32,000 nucleotides of DNA from Paramicrosporidium saccamoebae KSL3. Taxonomy: Eukaryota > Fungi > Cryptomycota. Both the position numbers and the translations under genes were made by a program. The notes under the pieces are model-generated. The model worked only from the letters and a program-made list of their open reading frames with translations. It searched no databases and was not told the origin of the DNA. Of the stretch, positions 31,758-32,000 are shown in pieces (position 1 is the first letter of the stretch; each line of letters begins with the position of its first letter). The stretch covers positions 149,931 through 181,930 of the forward strand of contig MTSL01000169.1 in the NCBI GenBank assembly GCA_002794465.1, written 5' to 3'.

Positions 31758-31929
31758 TTTCTGTAATATATTCTGAATGCCATTCTGTTGATTGATCGCC
31801 ACCTATAACCGGTGCCAACACACTACTCTCGCCCATTGATTAGCTTTGCTTATATTAGTCCATCATAGACCACAACTCGTCTGGTTAATAATATATGCCT
31901 CTGTAATACTTTTTAAGCGGTATACCAAG

Positions 31930-32000
31930 GCAAGTTTGGTTTAGTGGTATAATTGCCGCCTGCCACGCGGTAGACCCGGGTTCGATTCCCGGAACTTGCA
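31930..32000 (+). tRNA. tRNA-Gly (GCC)
   Basis: Acceptor stem GCAAGTT/AACTTGC plus discriminator A; D-loop TAGTGGTA; anticodon stem GCCGC/GCGGT with loop CTGCCAC (GCC at 31962..31964); T-arm CCGGG-TTCGATT-CCCGG. Confidence 0.96.

Overview
Very compact eukaryotic, fungal-type genomic window with about 20 housekeeping genes and a tRNA-Gly(GCC) at the right edge. By hand I resolved 26 GT-AG introns of 27-38 nt, and several intergenic gaps are under 40 bp. This architecture suggests an early-diverging, reduced fungal relative such as Rozellomycota/Paramicrosporidium (inference only). Genes in order: GCV3 (partial), PGS1, TPS1 fused to a degenerate TPP domain, HERP-like UBL protein, YKT6, POP4, an orphan multi-TM protein, MDJ1, an Ash1-like GATA factor, a CEP135-like coiled-coil protein, AOS1/SAE1, POP3/RPP38-like, an SLC18-like MFS transporter, PFK, a WW-FF protein, haspin, a RIM15/Greatwall-like kinase, ASNSD1, and a large GHKL-ATPase with a C-terminal HExxH motif. 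The best candidate for an undescribed system is the GATA gene's one atypically long intron (76 nt). It holds a 15-bp hairpin that reduces its effective length to the typical 35 nt, covers two unproductive alternative 5' splice sites, and carries inverted GATA motifs. This points to a possible structure-dependent, autoregulatory splicing switch. No mobile element, CRISPR array or rRNA is evident. All homology calls are from motif recognition; no database search was run.
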